Program-made: the position numbers and the translations under genes | Part shown: one piece after another, positions 52,792-63,587 of the stretch | Position numbering within the stretch: the first letter of the stretch is position 1 | Layout of the letters: every line of letters begins with the position of its first letter | Notes under the pieces: generated by a model | Databases searched by the model: none | What the model was told of the DNA's origin: nothing | What the model saw: the letters and a program-made list of their open reading frames with translations, nothing else | NCBI GenBank assembly: GCA_963782915.1 | Contig: CAWALK010000019.1 | Span: forward strand, 32,001-96,000 | Origin: an uncultured archaeon | GTDB taxonomy: Archaea; Thermoproteota; Bathyarchaeia; Bathyarchaeales; Bathycorpusculaceae | Direction of reading: 5' to 3' | Length of the DNA: 64,000 bases

Positions 52792-55396
52792 CTATTTTTT
52801 TCTTAGCACTAAGATAATCAATAGCCCTACAACGATGATGGCGACGAAGAGACCTGCGATTGCTGGGATGAAGTAGATGTCAGCGGCTGATTGCTGGTTT
52901 TCAACTGGTGCGGTTGTTGCTGATACTGCTTGGGCTGCATGGAATGATGTTTCGGCTGATGATGGATAGTACGATTCTGAGCCTGCAAAGGTTGCAACTA
53001 CGGTGTAATCGCCTACGATGTCAGGTGTCCATGTGTAACTGAACATTCCACTGCCGTCGCTGGTGGTCATACCGATTTGTCTATAGTTTCCGTTGGCGTC
53101 AAGGACACTTAGAGTGACTGGTACACCGGTTGTGTTGGTTGGCATTGGTTGCTGCATGTAGACGTATTCCATCCATCGGCTCATGCTATCGTCAGAGACG
53201 CATGGAACGCCGTTGGGGAAGTTTGCTGCTTGTGCTTCTTGTTTTGAGCCTGCCGCGATGTCAGTGATTGTGCCTCTGATTGTCACTGGCGTTGCAGTTG
53301 TAACTCCGACTGCTGGCGCTGTGACTGTCATTGCGCTTGGTCCTTTGCCGTAGGTGTATAGTTGGTTGTCATAGGCGTTTAGCACTGTTGCGTAACCGTC
53401 TACGATGGTGGCTGCGTTTGTTACGTCGAAACCTGCTATTTCCCATACTAGTGAGCCGTCGGTGATGTTGATTGCTAATTGTTTTGCTCCGCGGAACAGT
53501 GGTGGACTATACTCGTGTCCTACGTTGAGGAAGTATACTCCGCCTGCGATGGATCCTCCGCTGAAGACCCATAGTGGCCATACGCCGTATGGTGTGTCTG
53601 AGCCGGATTCGCCGATGAGTTTGTTGGTGCTTGTGTACCAGACTTGTTCGCCTGTGATTGCGTTGATTGCCCAGATGTCGCCTCCGAAGCCCATGATGTA
53701 TAGTACTCCGTTTGCGATTTCTGTTTGGTAACCGCCGATGCTGTTGTATGGGTTGGGGACTGCAACGTTTCCGTTGTCGCCTGATAGTTGTTTTGGACCC
53801 CATACCAATTTGCCTGTGTCTAAGCTGTATGCTGTTATTTTGCCTGTAGCTGCTTCAATGTAGAAGTATAGACCGTAGCCGGATTTTGTTACTTGTTCTC
53901 TTGCGAACGGTGTCAATGTGCGGTTGGTTATCCAAAGTTGTCTTCCGTCTTCTGCGCTGTAACCTGCGTCTGCTTGCCAGCCGACGTTGAAGTACGCTGC
54001 GCCTGCAGCTGTCATTAGTACTACGCCGCTGTCTACTCTGTTAATTGATAGAGCTGAGCCTTCTGGGAAAGCGCCAGTTGTCAGGTTGGTAGCTATTGGT
54101 TTTGTCCACATGATTCCACGGCCGAAGTCGATGGTGCTGCCTTGTGCTGGTCTCCAATTCCAACTGTCTGAGGTAACGCCTTTTACGTATTGGCTATTGG
54201 GGTAGAATATGGCTTGTGTTGAGTTCCAGCAGTTGAGTGTTGGTGTGCCCCATTGGTTTGCTCGGCTGTTGTTGATGTAGTAGCCGATTAGGTTTCCGCC
54301 TGTGTCTGAAACGATGTTCAATCCAGTAGCGTTGACGATGCTTAGGATGTATTGGCCAGTCATTGCGTCATACATTTTTAGTATGTTTGGTGATGCTCCG
54401 AATCCGCCTTGGCTTCCTGGTACTGCCCAGAGGTATGCGATACCGCCGAATTGGTTGGGGTTTACCATGTTCGAGTATTTGTCCGTATTTCAGAGTGTCT
54501 GTAGTGTTTGCTGTCCAGATTGTTTCGCCGGTTCTAAGGTTTAGTGCTGTCCAGCCTGTTGGGTTAGAGGAGCTTCCTGGGAAATTGGTGAAGTACATTA
54601 CGCCGTTTATGATGATTGGTGCCCATTTTGGTTCATACTGGCTGGTTGAGTAGAAGTTGCTCATGTCGTTTCCGCCGTATTCTCCGCCCATTAAACCTCC
54701 GAAGGCGACTGGTTTTGTCCACATGATGTGTGCTGCCAGTGGCGCGTTGGAGTATGGGTTGTAGTTTCCTGTGGCGTTGTATCTTCCTGTTGCTGCGAAT
54801 GAGTGGGCGCCGAGTCCTAGCCAGTTGCCGCTAAGTTGGTACCATGGGTAGTTTCCTGCTTGTATTGGTCTTGTCCAATAGCTAGTTGGTAGTGGAGCGG
54901 TTGGAAGTAATGGGATTGGATCCTGCTGTACTGTTAAGTATGCTACTGGGCTGGTGGATGGCATGAAGTAGTCGCCGATGTATACGTTTCTTGGGTCGGC
55001 TCTGTTTTCGCCTTTCATTGTTTCTCCTGGGTAGGTAACTACAAACGAGTAGTTGCCGAGTTTGTCAGGTGTGAAAGATGTCCATGTTCCTCCTGTAGCG
55101 TCGGATGTGAATGGCCCTAAGGTTTTGTTTTGGCCATCTGGGTCTGTGATTGTAACTTTGAAACCGTGCCATCTGTCTCCGTTTGTTCCCGATGCTGTTG
55201 GTGGTGGTATTTGGACCCACATGCCTATGGTGACTAGTTGGCCAAGCCCTGCTGGGTTTGGTGCAACGCTGACATAGGCATACGTTGGGATGTTCCATGC
55301 GGGTGTGTGTGCGTTGGTTAATGCCATTGTTCCTATTGAGGATGTTAAGAGTGCTATGATTATTATTGCGAGGGTTTTAGTTTTTGGTTTTTGCAT
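52792..55396 (-). CDS. Large PQQ-type beta-propeller cell-surface protein with C-terminal anchor (frameshift near 54480)
   Basis: Joins ORFs 54368..55396 and 52792..54468. Signal peptide, A.D..TG..W repeats, NAYDNQLYTYGKGPS, WMEYVYMQQP, TM plus RKK. Confidence 0.88.
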
Positions 55397-55640
55397 TTCT
55401 TTTCCTCTTTTTTGTTTATGCTTTATACGGTTTGTATACGTTTGTTAATAATACTAAGTGGCAAGAGGCCACTGACGACACTTTATCACCATTAAACCAA
55501 CTAAAGTTGAAAACCAACCATGCACCCCCTAAAACAGAATCGAAAAATCCCCTGATCCAATTAATCAGGATTCAAAACAGCAATTTCATGCACAAATCCA
55601 ATAACAGAACCCAAAATTGTTGAATGCTTGTTTTTTTATG

Positions 55641-55922
55641 TTAGTTGTTGCTGTGGACCCCTCTTATTTCAACAACAACCAACCGCTTATGAGGCGGATT
55701 GCGTTTTGGCTTCAGCGTTTAATTTGGTTGGCAGGCTGGTTGTGGAATAATCCGCAAGTAAAACAAAGAGAGGTCTTTTGATCTCACAGACCTACCCCCT
55801 CCCTTATTTATAGGCTCCACAACTGCCTATCTGAGTGTTTGAGGATTGTATGAGTGCAATCTTTCTGTTTGGGTGGCTAGGGGTTTGTTGGGTCCTATGG
55901 CGATTTTGTTTGCAGTTGTTTT
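55641..55922 (+). repeat. Composite intergenic element, type II, second copy (core 55775..55827)
   Basis: Collinear with 48571..48856. Confidence 0.88.
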
Positions 55923-56170
55923 GGAATAGAATTGTTTTGCTATTTTGCTATTGTTGGTGGTTTTGTTTTTTAGTAGTAGATATTGGCATGAGCTCCCTTA
56001 CTCATCTCTTACCAAGGGCTTTGTAATGTAGTGGTTTTTGGTGTCTGCGTTTAGGACGGGTTGGTAAGTCCATTTTAGCAGAAAACCAAACTAAACAAAC
56101 ATCACCTAATAGAGACAGCTATACCGAAAAAAGCATATACCACAAAACACCGTTTCTCACCAAGGCACAG

Positions 56171-57319
56171 GTGAAAAACGTCATGGCATCCGCTGAAGAA
56201 AACAACAACGAAATGGTCGTAACCCCATGGGAAGTCAAGGGAAAAGTCGACTATGAACGTTTAATCAAAGATTTCGGCACCCAACCACTCACACCCGAAC
56301 TCCTCAAAAGAGTCGAAACCCACACGGATAAGCTTCACCTGCAGCTTGACCGAAAAATATTCTTCAGCCACAGAGACCTAGACACTGTACTTGACCTCTA
56401 CGATAAAGGCACAAAATTTGTCCTCTACACAGGTCGAGGACCAAGCGGCCCCGTCCACATCGGACACTTAGTGCCCTGGATATTCACCCTTCACATTCAA
56501 CAGAAATTCAAAACACGCCTCTACTTCCAAATAACCGACGATGAAAAATACCTCATAAGCGACCAACGCGACCTAAAAGAAACCGCCAAATGGTCTTATG
56601 AGAACGCATTGGATCTCATTGCCCTCGGATTCAAACCCGACGACACCTTCATCATCTACGACACAAAAGACATCGACTTACTCTACGACATAACCCTCGA
56701 AGTCGCCAAACGCATCACATACAGCACCGCACGAAGCACATTTGGCTTCCAAGACAGCACCAACATCGGCTGGGTCTACTGGCCAGCCATCCAAGCAGCC
56801 CCATGCTTCATACACAAAAAATTAACAGGCGAAAACGTTCCAGCGCTGATTCCAGCAGCCATCGACCAAGACCCCTACTGGCGAGTAACACGCGACATAG
56901 CACAAAAACTCGGCTACTACAAACCCGCACAAATCCACTGCCGCTTCCTCCCTGGACTTGGCACAGGCGGAAAAATGAGTGCATCCATGCCAGAAACCAG
57001 CATATTCACCGTCGACTCACCAGAAGTCGTCAAAAAGAAAATTTGGGGTGCATTCACAGGCGGCAAAGGCACGGCAGCTGAACAGCGTGCAAGCGGTGCT
57101 GATCCTTCAATCTGCAGCATATACCAGTACTACTTCTTCCTATTCGAAGAAGACAACGCCAAACTGGCAGAGCGGGAACGCAGATGCCGAGGCGGCGAAA
57201 TGCTCTGCGGCGAATGCAAGAAGGATGTAGCGGAGAAACTCAACCACTTCTTAGCGCAGCATCAGGAACGCAGAGAAAAAGCTAAAGACACCATCGAGCA
57301 GTACCACATCAAACGTTAA
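56171..57319 (+). CDS. trpS: Tryptophan--tRNA ligase
   Basis: VTPWEV, YTGRGPS, HIGH, AIDQDPY, KMSAS. Confidence 0.97.
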   Translation: MKNVMASAEENNNEMVVTPWEVKGKVDYERLIKDFGTQPLTPELLKRVETHTDKLHLQLDRKIFFSHRDLDTVLDLYDKGTKFVLYTGRGPSGPVHIGHLVPWIFTLHIQQKFKTRLYFQITDDEKYLISDQRDLKETAKWSYENALDLIALGFKPDDTFIIYDTKDIDLLYDITLEVAKRITYSTARSTFGFQDSTNIGWVYWPAIQAAPCFIHKKLTGENVPALIPAAIDQDPYWRVTRDIAQKLGYYKPAQIHCRFLPGLGTGGKMSASMPETSIFTVDSPEVVKKKIWGAFTGGKGTAAEQRASGADPSICSIYQYYFFLFEEDNAKLAERERRCRGGEMLCGECKKDVAEKLNHFLAQHQERREKAKDTIEQYHIKR

Positions 57320-57527
57320 TTTTTTTTAATCCTCTTAATTGAGGGGGCTTACAAGTTTTGTGTCTTAAGGCTTTTTTTTAACTCGGCTTAAACTATAAAT
57401 ATTCACAAAGCCTAAATGTTATTGAAAATCAGTTTTGCGGAATTCAACTTTTTTCGATGCGTTGTTTAACCCTGCATTTGAAAACAGTAAGTTAACCCAA
57501 CTCAAGCAAGAGGCGTATTTTTACTAG

Positions 57528-59711
57528 ATGAGTCTACCTGAAGACCAAGAGATTATTCAAATAATCCCCAAGCGAATCGAAAGGATACTTGAGCTTGCAA
57601 ATAATCTTTGGTGGAGTTGGGATGAAGATGGACGCCAAGTGTTCCGCTCTCTTGATTATGAACTTTGGAGAGCAAGCGGCCATAACCCTGTTAAACAATT
57701 ACGTGACATTGACATAGCCAAGTTGGAGTCGGCTGCTAAAGATCCCGCTTTTTTGGAACTCTATGATTCGGTGATTGTAAAATTTGATACTTACCTTTCA
57801 AGTAAGAAAAACTGGTGTGGCGAAAGTGACCAGAAAAATTTTGATGGGCAAATCGCTTATTTCTCCGCTGAATATGCTATCCACAATTCGCTTCCCATTT
57901 ACGCTGGCGGTTTAGGTGCCCTTGCGGGGGACATATGTAAACAATCCTCGGATATGGGTCTGCCATTTGTCGCCGTTGGTTTCATGTATCCTCAAGGCTA
58001 TTTCCGTCAACATGTCTCTGCCGATGGCTGGCAGGAAGAAGTCTATACACAACTAGATTTTAGTGAAGCCCCAATTTCCCACTGTGTATGGCCTCAAGGC
58101 TGTGGTCCTCACATTTCAGTTCCCCTTGGGGATCGCCAAATATACCTTCAAGTTTGGCAGGTCCGAGTCGGTCGGGTAAACCTGTATTTGCTTGATACAA
58201 ACGTCAGTGATAATCGTCCAGAGGATAGAGGGCTTTCAGCAAGGCTCTATACGGCTGATCAAGAAGAGCGACTACGTCAACTCATCGTTTTAGGCATAGG
58301 CGGCGTACGAATTCTCCGTGAACTACATATAGACCCGATAGTGTGGCATGCAAACGAAGACCACACAGCCTTTATGATGCTTGAACGCCTCAGAGAGGAA
58401 CGCGTCAAAGGAACCCCGTTAAATGAAGCAATTGAGAAGATACGGAAAAACACTGTTTTCACAACTCATACTCCTGTCGCGGCTGGGCATCATATTTTCC
58501 CATATTATCTTGTTGATCGTTATGCTCGTAACTTTTGGGAAGCACTCAGCATTGACAGGGACAGTTTCCTAAGACTTGGTTACTATGATGGTTTGGGACC
58601 AGAAAAGTTTAGTTTAACTGCGTTTGCCTTGCGCTGTGCTGGACAGGCCAATGCAGTTAGCAAGTTGCATGGGATTGTTGCTCGTAGGATGTGGAGTGTT
58701 CTATACCCTGGAAAACCTGTTGAAGAGGTGCCGATAATTAGTGTTACTAACGGTGTTCATTCGCCAAGTTGGTTGTCTGCGGAGATATCTAAGCTTTTTA
58801 GGAAACAAAGCGACGATTCTGGGTTGCTTCAAAGTGAATATACCGAACAATTCTGGAAATACGCAAATAACCTCTCGGACGAAGAGTTCTGGAATATTCA
58901 TCAAGTAATGAAAAACCGGTTAATTCGCGCCATACATGACCGTGCACAACAACGATTGGTTAAGGACGGCATTTCCACGTCACAGGTGCTTGCAATGGGC
59001 GCTTTACTTGATCCTTATACCTTAACTATTGCTTTCACACGACGATTTGCCCAATACAAACGGCCCTATCTCATTCTAAGTGATACTGAACGAATCAAAA
59101 AGATCTTAACTGACCCTTTGAAGCCAGTTCAAATAATTTTTGGCGGCAAATCGCATCCTGCAGATTATGCATCAAAGGAACTTCTTAAAAGCGTTTACAG
59201 GTTAGCTTTGGATAGGCGTTTTCAGGGTCGGATTGCCTTTGTTGAAGATTATGACATGAACCTCGCAAGGGATTTAGTTCGTGGAGTGGATGTTTGGTTA
59301 AACAACCCCAGACGTTTACAGGAAGCATGTGGAACAAGCGGTATGAAAGCTTCTATGAATGGGGTTATTAATTTGAGTGTTCTCGACGGATGGTGGAATG
59401 AAGCTTATAACGGGGTAAATGGGTGGGCGATTGGTGGGCTCAAGGGTGGCAGCCCTGAGGACGAAGACAGGACGGATGCTGAATCATTGTATAGCCAATT
59501 GGAAAAAAATATTGTACCACTGTATTATGAGCGTGACCGCAAAGGAATCCCCCACGGTTGGATTCAAGTTGCCAAAGAAGCAATCAAAACCATTAACCCT
59601 GTTTTCAACGCCTGCAGAATGATGAATGAATATATCGAAAGAATGTATTTGCCCGCCGTATTATCCAAAACTCCAAGTTATCCCTCAATTAGCGAAAAGG
59701 AGAATTTGTAA
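57528..59711 (+). CDS. glgP: Alpha-glucan phosphorylase
   Basis: NLWWSW, YAGGLG.LAGD, FTTHTP, TNGVH, PLP motif EACGTSGMK. Confidence 0.95.
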   Translation: MSLPEDQEIIQIIPKRIERILELANNLWWSWDEDGRQVFRSLDYELWRASGHNPVKQLRDIDIAKLESAAKDPAFLELYDSVIVKFDTYLSSKKNWCGESDQKNFDGQIAYFSAEYAIHNSLPIYAGGLGALAGDICKQSSDMGLPFVAVGFMYPQGYFRQHVSADGWQEEVYTQLDFSEAPISHCVWPQGCGPHISVPLGDRQIYLQVWQVRVGRVNLYLLDTNVSDNRPEDRGLSARLYTADQEERLRQLIVLGIGGVRILRELHIDPIVWHANEDHTAFMMLERLREERVKGTPLNEAIEKIRKNTVFTTHTPVAAGHHIFPYYLVDRYARNFWEALSIDRDSFLRLGYYDGLGPEKFSLTAFALRCAGQANAVSKLHGIVARRMWSVLYPGKPVEEVPIISVTNGVHSPSWLSAEISKLFRKQSDDSGLLQSEYTEQFWKYANNLSDEEFWNIHQVMKNRLIRAIHDRAQQRLVKDGISTSQVLAMGALLDPYTLTIAFTRRFAQYKRPYLILSDTERIKKILTDPLKPVQIIFGGKSHPADYASKELLKSVYRLALDRRFQGRIAFVEDYDMNLARDLVRGVDVWLNNPRRLQEACGTSGMKASMNGVINLSVLDGWWNEAYNGVNGWAIGGLKGGSPEDEDRTDAESLYSQLEKNIVPLYYERDRKGIPHGWIQVAKEAIKTINPVFNACRMMNEYIERMYLPAVLSKTPSYPSISEKENL

Positions 59712-61252
59712 TGTCACAAAAAAAGAGCGCAGAAAATATCGACCTCAATCTAGAAGATATTTTCATAGTATTTGTTAGAAGTGATGAAGTAGTTGCTGAC
59801 ATAAACCAGAAAGGTCACGAATTATTAGGCTACCCCAAAGATGAAGTCGTCGGTAAGAATTGGTTTGACAATTTTATCCCCCAAAGCAACCGCGAAGACA
59901 CCAGACTTTCTTTCCATCAATTACTAAACGGAACCTACCGCCGAGGAATTTCTGAAAAACCAGTCTTAACAAAGAACGGTCAAGAACGTATTATCGGTTG
60001 GCATGACTTAATAGTTAAAGACGAAAAAGGAAATTCTGCAGGCGTCATATCATCTGGGCAAGATATTACTGAGCGCAAATTAGTCGAAGACAGACACATC
60101 TTGTTAGCGTCGTTTCCAACATTTTACCCCAACCCCGTTGTTGAAGTTGACTTTACTGGAAAAATAACGTTCACTAATCCAGCAGTCAAAAAAATATTGC
60201 CTAATCTCGAAAAGAAAGGCTTAGATCAACCGTTCTTTTCTGATTGGGACAAGGTATCCTTGGCGTTTAAAAACTCAATTTCGATGGATTACTCCTTTGC
60301 ACGAGAAATCGAAATTGGTAGCCATTGGTACTTGCAAGAATTCTCCTATGTTCCCATAGGGCCCAGATTAAGAATTTTCCTTCTAAATATCGATGAAAAG
60401 AAACAAGCTGAAGAAGCACTAAAAGAAAGCGAAGGAAAATATCGCTCACTGTTTGAAAACATGATCAATGGTTACGCCTATTGCAGAATGGTTTACAATG
60501 AAAGAGATGAACCCGTCGATTTCGTCTATTTAGAAATAAATGACGCATTCGAAAAAATAACTGGGTTAAAACGGGATGATGTAGTCGGGCGAAGAGTATC
60601 TCAGGCTATTCCGGGAACGCTGCAAGACAATCCTGAAATCGTCAAAACATATGGTAGGGTTGCACGGTCTGGGAAAGCTGAAGCTTTCGAGGTTTTCTTT
60701 AAACCGCTTAAGTTTTGGCTAAACATTTCGGTGTACTGTCCCAGAAGGGACCATTTCGTTGCGATATTTGAAAACATCACTAAACGCAAGGAGCTAGAGC
60801 AGGAGTTGAATAGTTACAATCAGCGGCTTGAGGAAGTGGTGGCTAGACGCACTGCCGAGTATGCGCAGACAAACAAGAAGCTAACGCAGGAAATTATGGA
60901 ACGTCGTAAGAGTGAAGAGGGTTTGCTGTTTAGGGCAATGATTTTAGATAATCTAAAAGAAGCCATCTTTTTGGCTAATTTGAAGGGAGAATTTGTTTAT
61001 GCGAATCATGCTGCATGTGAATTGTTCGGTTACTCCTGTGAGGAACTTGTGAACACGAACTTTTTGCATATGCTTCAAATGCCCGATGCCCAAAAAAGAG
61101 AGTTAATGGATAAATTGGTTGAATCAGGAGAAATTGAACTTGAGACGAGTTATGTTAGAAAAGACAAGGTTGTTGTTCCGATTCAGTTACCGCTAAGTTT
61201 AGTGAAGACGGCTCATGGAAAACTGATAATCAGCGTAATTCACAAGATATAG
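59711..61252 (+). CDS. Multi-PAS protein without an output domain
   Basis: Four PAS-like repeats and a coiled coil, no H-box or catalytic domain; TAATG overlap with glgP. Confidence 0.85.
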   Translation: MSQKKSAENIDLNLEDIFIVFVRSDEVVADINQKGHELLGYPKDEVVGKNWFDNFIPQSNREDTRLSFHQLLNGTYRRGISEKPVLTKNGQERIIGWHDLIVKDEKGNSAGVISSGQDITERKLVEDRHILLASFPTFYPNPVVEVDFTGKITFTNPAVKKILPNLEKKGLDQPFFSDWDKVSLAFKNSISMDYSFAREIEIGSHWYLQEFSYVPIGPRLRIFLLNIDEKKQAEEALKESEGKYRSLFENMINGYAYCRMVYNERDEPVDFVYLEINDAFEKITGLKRDDVVGRRVSQAIPGTLQDNPEIVKTYGRVARSGKAEAFEVFFKPLKFWLNISVYCPRRDHFVAIFENITKRKELEQELNSYNQRLEEVVARRTAEYAQTNKKLTQEIMERRKSEEGLLFRAMILDNLKEAIFLANLKGEFVYANHAACELFGYSCEELVNTNFLHMLQMPDAQKRELMDKLVESGEIELETSYVRKDKVVVPIQLPLSLVKTAHGKLIISVIHKI

Positions 61253-61403
61253 TTTAGAAAATGTCTTGCTTTTCTTCGCATTTTGAGAGCTTGATAAAAC
61301 ACCAATAGTCCTCTCCAATGGCAAGTCACCGAAACATTTCATCAAAACCTTATATGGGCGACTTCGACCGCTATAAACAAAAAATCAAGAAGCAGTCGCC
61401 GTA

Positions 61404-62957
61404 ATGAATGCCCCAGCACTAAACTCTAACAAAAAGAAAATCGCCCTACTCGTCCTATGCACCACATTATTCATAGTCGCCGTTTCCGATACTGTCTTAA
61501 ACTTGGCGTTGGCGGACATTTCAGGCAGCCTAAACTCAACCGCAACAGAACTCCTCTGGATAGTAGACGTTTACCTGCTCGTAGTCGCCACATTGCAGAT
61601 TACTTTTGGCTCAATCGGCGACCGCTATGGACGCAAACGGCTGCTCCAAATAGGGTTAATCACTTTCGGTTTAGGCTCCGTAGGTGCAGCACTATCAACC
61701 ACAGCTAACATGCTCATACTCTTTCGGGTAGTCACCGGTTTAGGCGCCGCAATAATGATGCCATCCACCCTTTCGATTCTAACCGATATTTTCCGAGAAC
61801 CAAAAGAACGCTCAAAAGCCATCGCATCATGGTCCAGCGTCTTTAGCATCGGCGCAGGCTTAGGACCAGTCATCGCCGGCTACCTCCTCACACAATTCGC
61901 TTGGTCATCAGTATTCTACCTCAACATACCCCTAGTCATAGTTGGTTTGATCGGTAGCTACCTGTTTCTGCCTGAATCAAGCGGCAACAGCGAATTCAAA
62001 CTAAACTTTGTGAGTATCATCCTCTCTGCAAGCGGCTTAGTATTCTTGGTCTTTGGAATAATCACAGCGGGCGAATACGGTTGGTTCACCACAGAGCTTT
62101 TGGTCGTCTATGCGGTAGCTGCAGCGTTGCTTTCAGGATTTGTCCTCTGGGAACGCAAAGCCTCAACCAACATGTTCCCATTGGAATTCTTCAAAAACAG
62201 ATCCTTCTTAGGCTCAACTATTGCGTTGACGCTAGCCAGCTTTGCACTCATGGGCTCAGTTTTCTTCTTTAGCCAATATTTCCAGTCAGTACAGGGTTAT
62301 TCGCCGCTTGAAACAGGACTCGCCATGGTACCGCTCAACATTTTTGTCCTAATATTCACGTTATACTCGGTTAAAGTTGACCAAAAAATCGGTGCCAAAC
62401 TAACCATAAGCATCGGACTCAGCCTGATCGGTCTTGGACTACTGTTATTCGGCTTTACCGCCGCCATTGACACTTCCTTCTTGATTTCGATTGCAGTACA
62501 ATTCTTCATTGCCATCGGTTTAGGCTTAGTCATGAGTCCCGGCACTAACGTAATTATGAATTCTATACCCACCGGCCGAGCTGGTGTTGGGTCAGCGATG
62601 AATGATACTACAAGGCAGATTGGCGGCGCTTTAGGCATAGCTGTTTTGGGTTCACTGGTAAATTCTGTTTATGCAGCCAAGATTGCGGCGTCACAAACAA
62701 TAAGCGCACTGCCGGAACAGGTAGGTTTGCATGTGCACAATAGTCTTCAGGCTGCCTTAATCGCTGCTGGAGAGCTTCCGGAAAGCACAGCTTCAGAAGT
62801 TATTTTTTATGCAAAACAATCCTTCCTAGATGGCTTAATACAGTCCGTTATGATTGCAGCAATTATTCTCTTCATAGCCGCAATAATCAACCTATTAATT
62901 TTACCCAAATACACAAAAAACCATGAAGCCTCAACAGCGGAAACTGCAATTAACTAG
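61404..62957 (+). CDS. MFS DHA2 (EmrB/QacA-like) transporter
   Basis: GSIGDRYGRK, WSSVFYLNIP, RQIGGALGIA; about 14 TM helices. Confidence 0.93.
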   Translation: MNAPALNSNKKKIALLVLCTTLFIVAVSDTVLNLALADISGSLNSTATELLWIVDVYLLVVATLQITFGSIGDRYGRKRLLQIGLITFGLGSVGAALSTTANMLILFRVVTGLGAAIMMPSTLSILTDIFREPKERSKAIASWSSVFSIGAGLGPVIAGYLLTQFAWSSVFYLNIPLVIVGLIGSYLFLPESSGNSEFKLNFVSIILSASGLVFLVFGIITAGEYGWFTTELLVVYAVAAALLSGFVLWERKASTNMFPLEFFKNRSFLGSTIALTLASFALMGSVFFFSQYFQSVQGYSPLETGLAMVPLNIFVLIFTLYSVKVDQKIGAKLTISIGLSLIGLGLLLFGFTAAIDTSFLISIAVQFFIAIGLGLVMSPGTNVIMNSIPTGRAGVGSAMNDTTRQIGGALGIAVLGSLVNSVYAAKIAASQTISALPEQVGLHVHNSLQAALIAAGELPESTASEVIFYAKQSFLDGLIQSVMIAAIILFIAAIINLLILPKYTKNHEASTAETAIN

Positions 62958-63024
62958 GGCTAACTCCTAAAAAACTTGATTAAGCGCCGAAACCACAGTT
63001 TCAAATGGATTTTTGGTGATTTAA

Positions 63025-63468
63025 TTGTCAGAAAACATACTTGTAAGAGACATTATGAGTAGTCCCGTTAAGGCTGTGCGGGAAGATACTACACTGCATG
63101 AAGTTATTGCTACTCTGAGCAACTTTGACATCAACGCGCTCGTCGTAATTGCAGGTGATAAACCAGTCGGTATTGTCACTACCAAAGATGCCCTGGTACG
63201 TGGGTATGAGCATGGTATGCCTGTTTCAGCAATTAAGGCCGGTATGGTTGCTTCGTCGCCGCTAGTTACCATCGCTGAAGACGCAAGTGCTGTTGAAGCC
63301 GCAGAGTTGATGCGCCGTAAAAACATAAAGCATCTACCTGTTACAAGTGACAATAAACTGGTTGGCATTGTGTCCGATACAGACATCATTTTTGCTATGC
63401 CTTCTTTGCTCTCGACCATGGAAGAAGTTTGTAGACCCAAAAAGGAGCCTATGTCACAGAAGCACTAA
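63025..63468 (+). CDS. CBS-pair protein
   Basis: VRDIMS, PVGIVT, IKHLPV...LVGIVS. Confidence 0.9.
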   Translation: MSENILVRDIMSSPVKAVREDTTLHEVIATLSNFDINALVVIAGDKPVGIVTTKDALVRGYEHGMPVSAIKAGMVASSPLVTIAEDASAVEAAELMRRKNIKHLPVTSDNKLVGIVSDTDIIFAMPSLLSTMEEVCRPKKEPMSQKH

Positions 63469-63587
63469 ACTGTAGAAGTTTTGGGCTGATATTCAAAGTA
63501 ATCCTAACTTTCTTTTTTAAACTCTTTTACGATGTCAACAAATGTTAACGCCAAAATAGCTGCGATTGCTTGAAAAAGATATAGCCA

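Noticed and set aside
3565-55827. Repeats as a CRISPR array
   Set aside because: Copies are dispersed, degenerate and irregularly spaced; no repeat-spacer periodicity and no cas genes.
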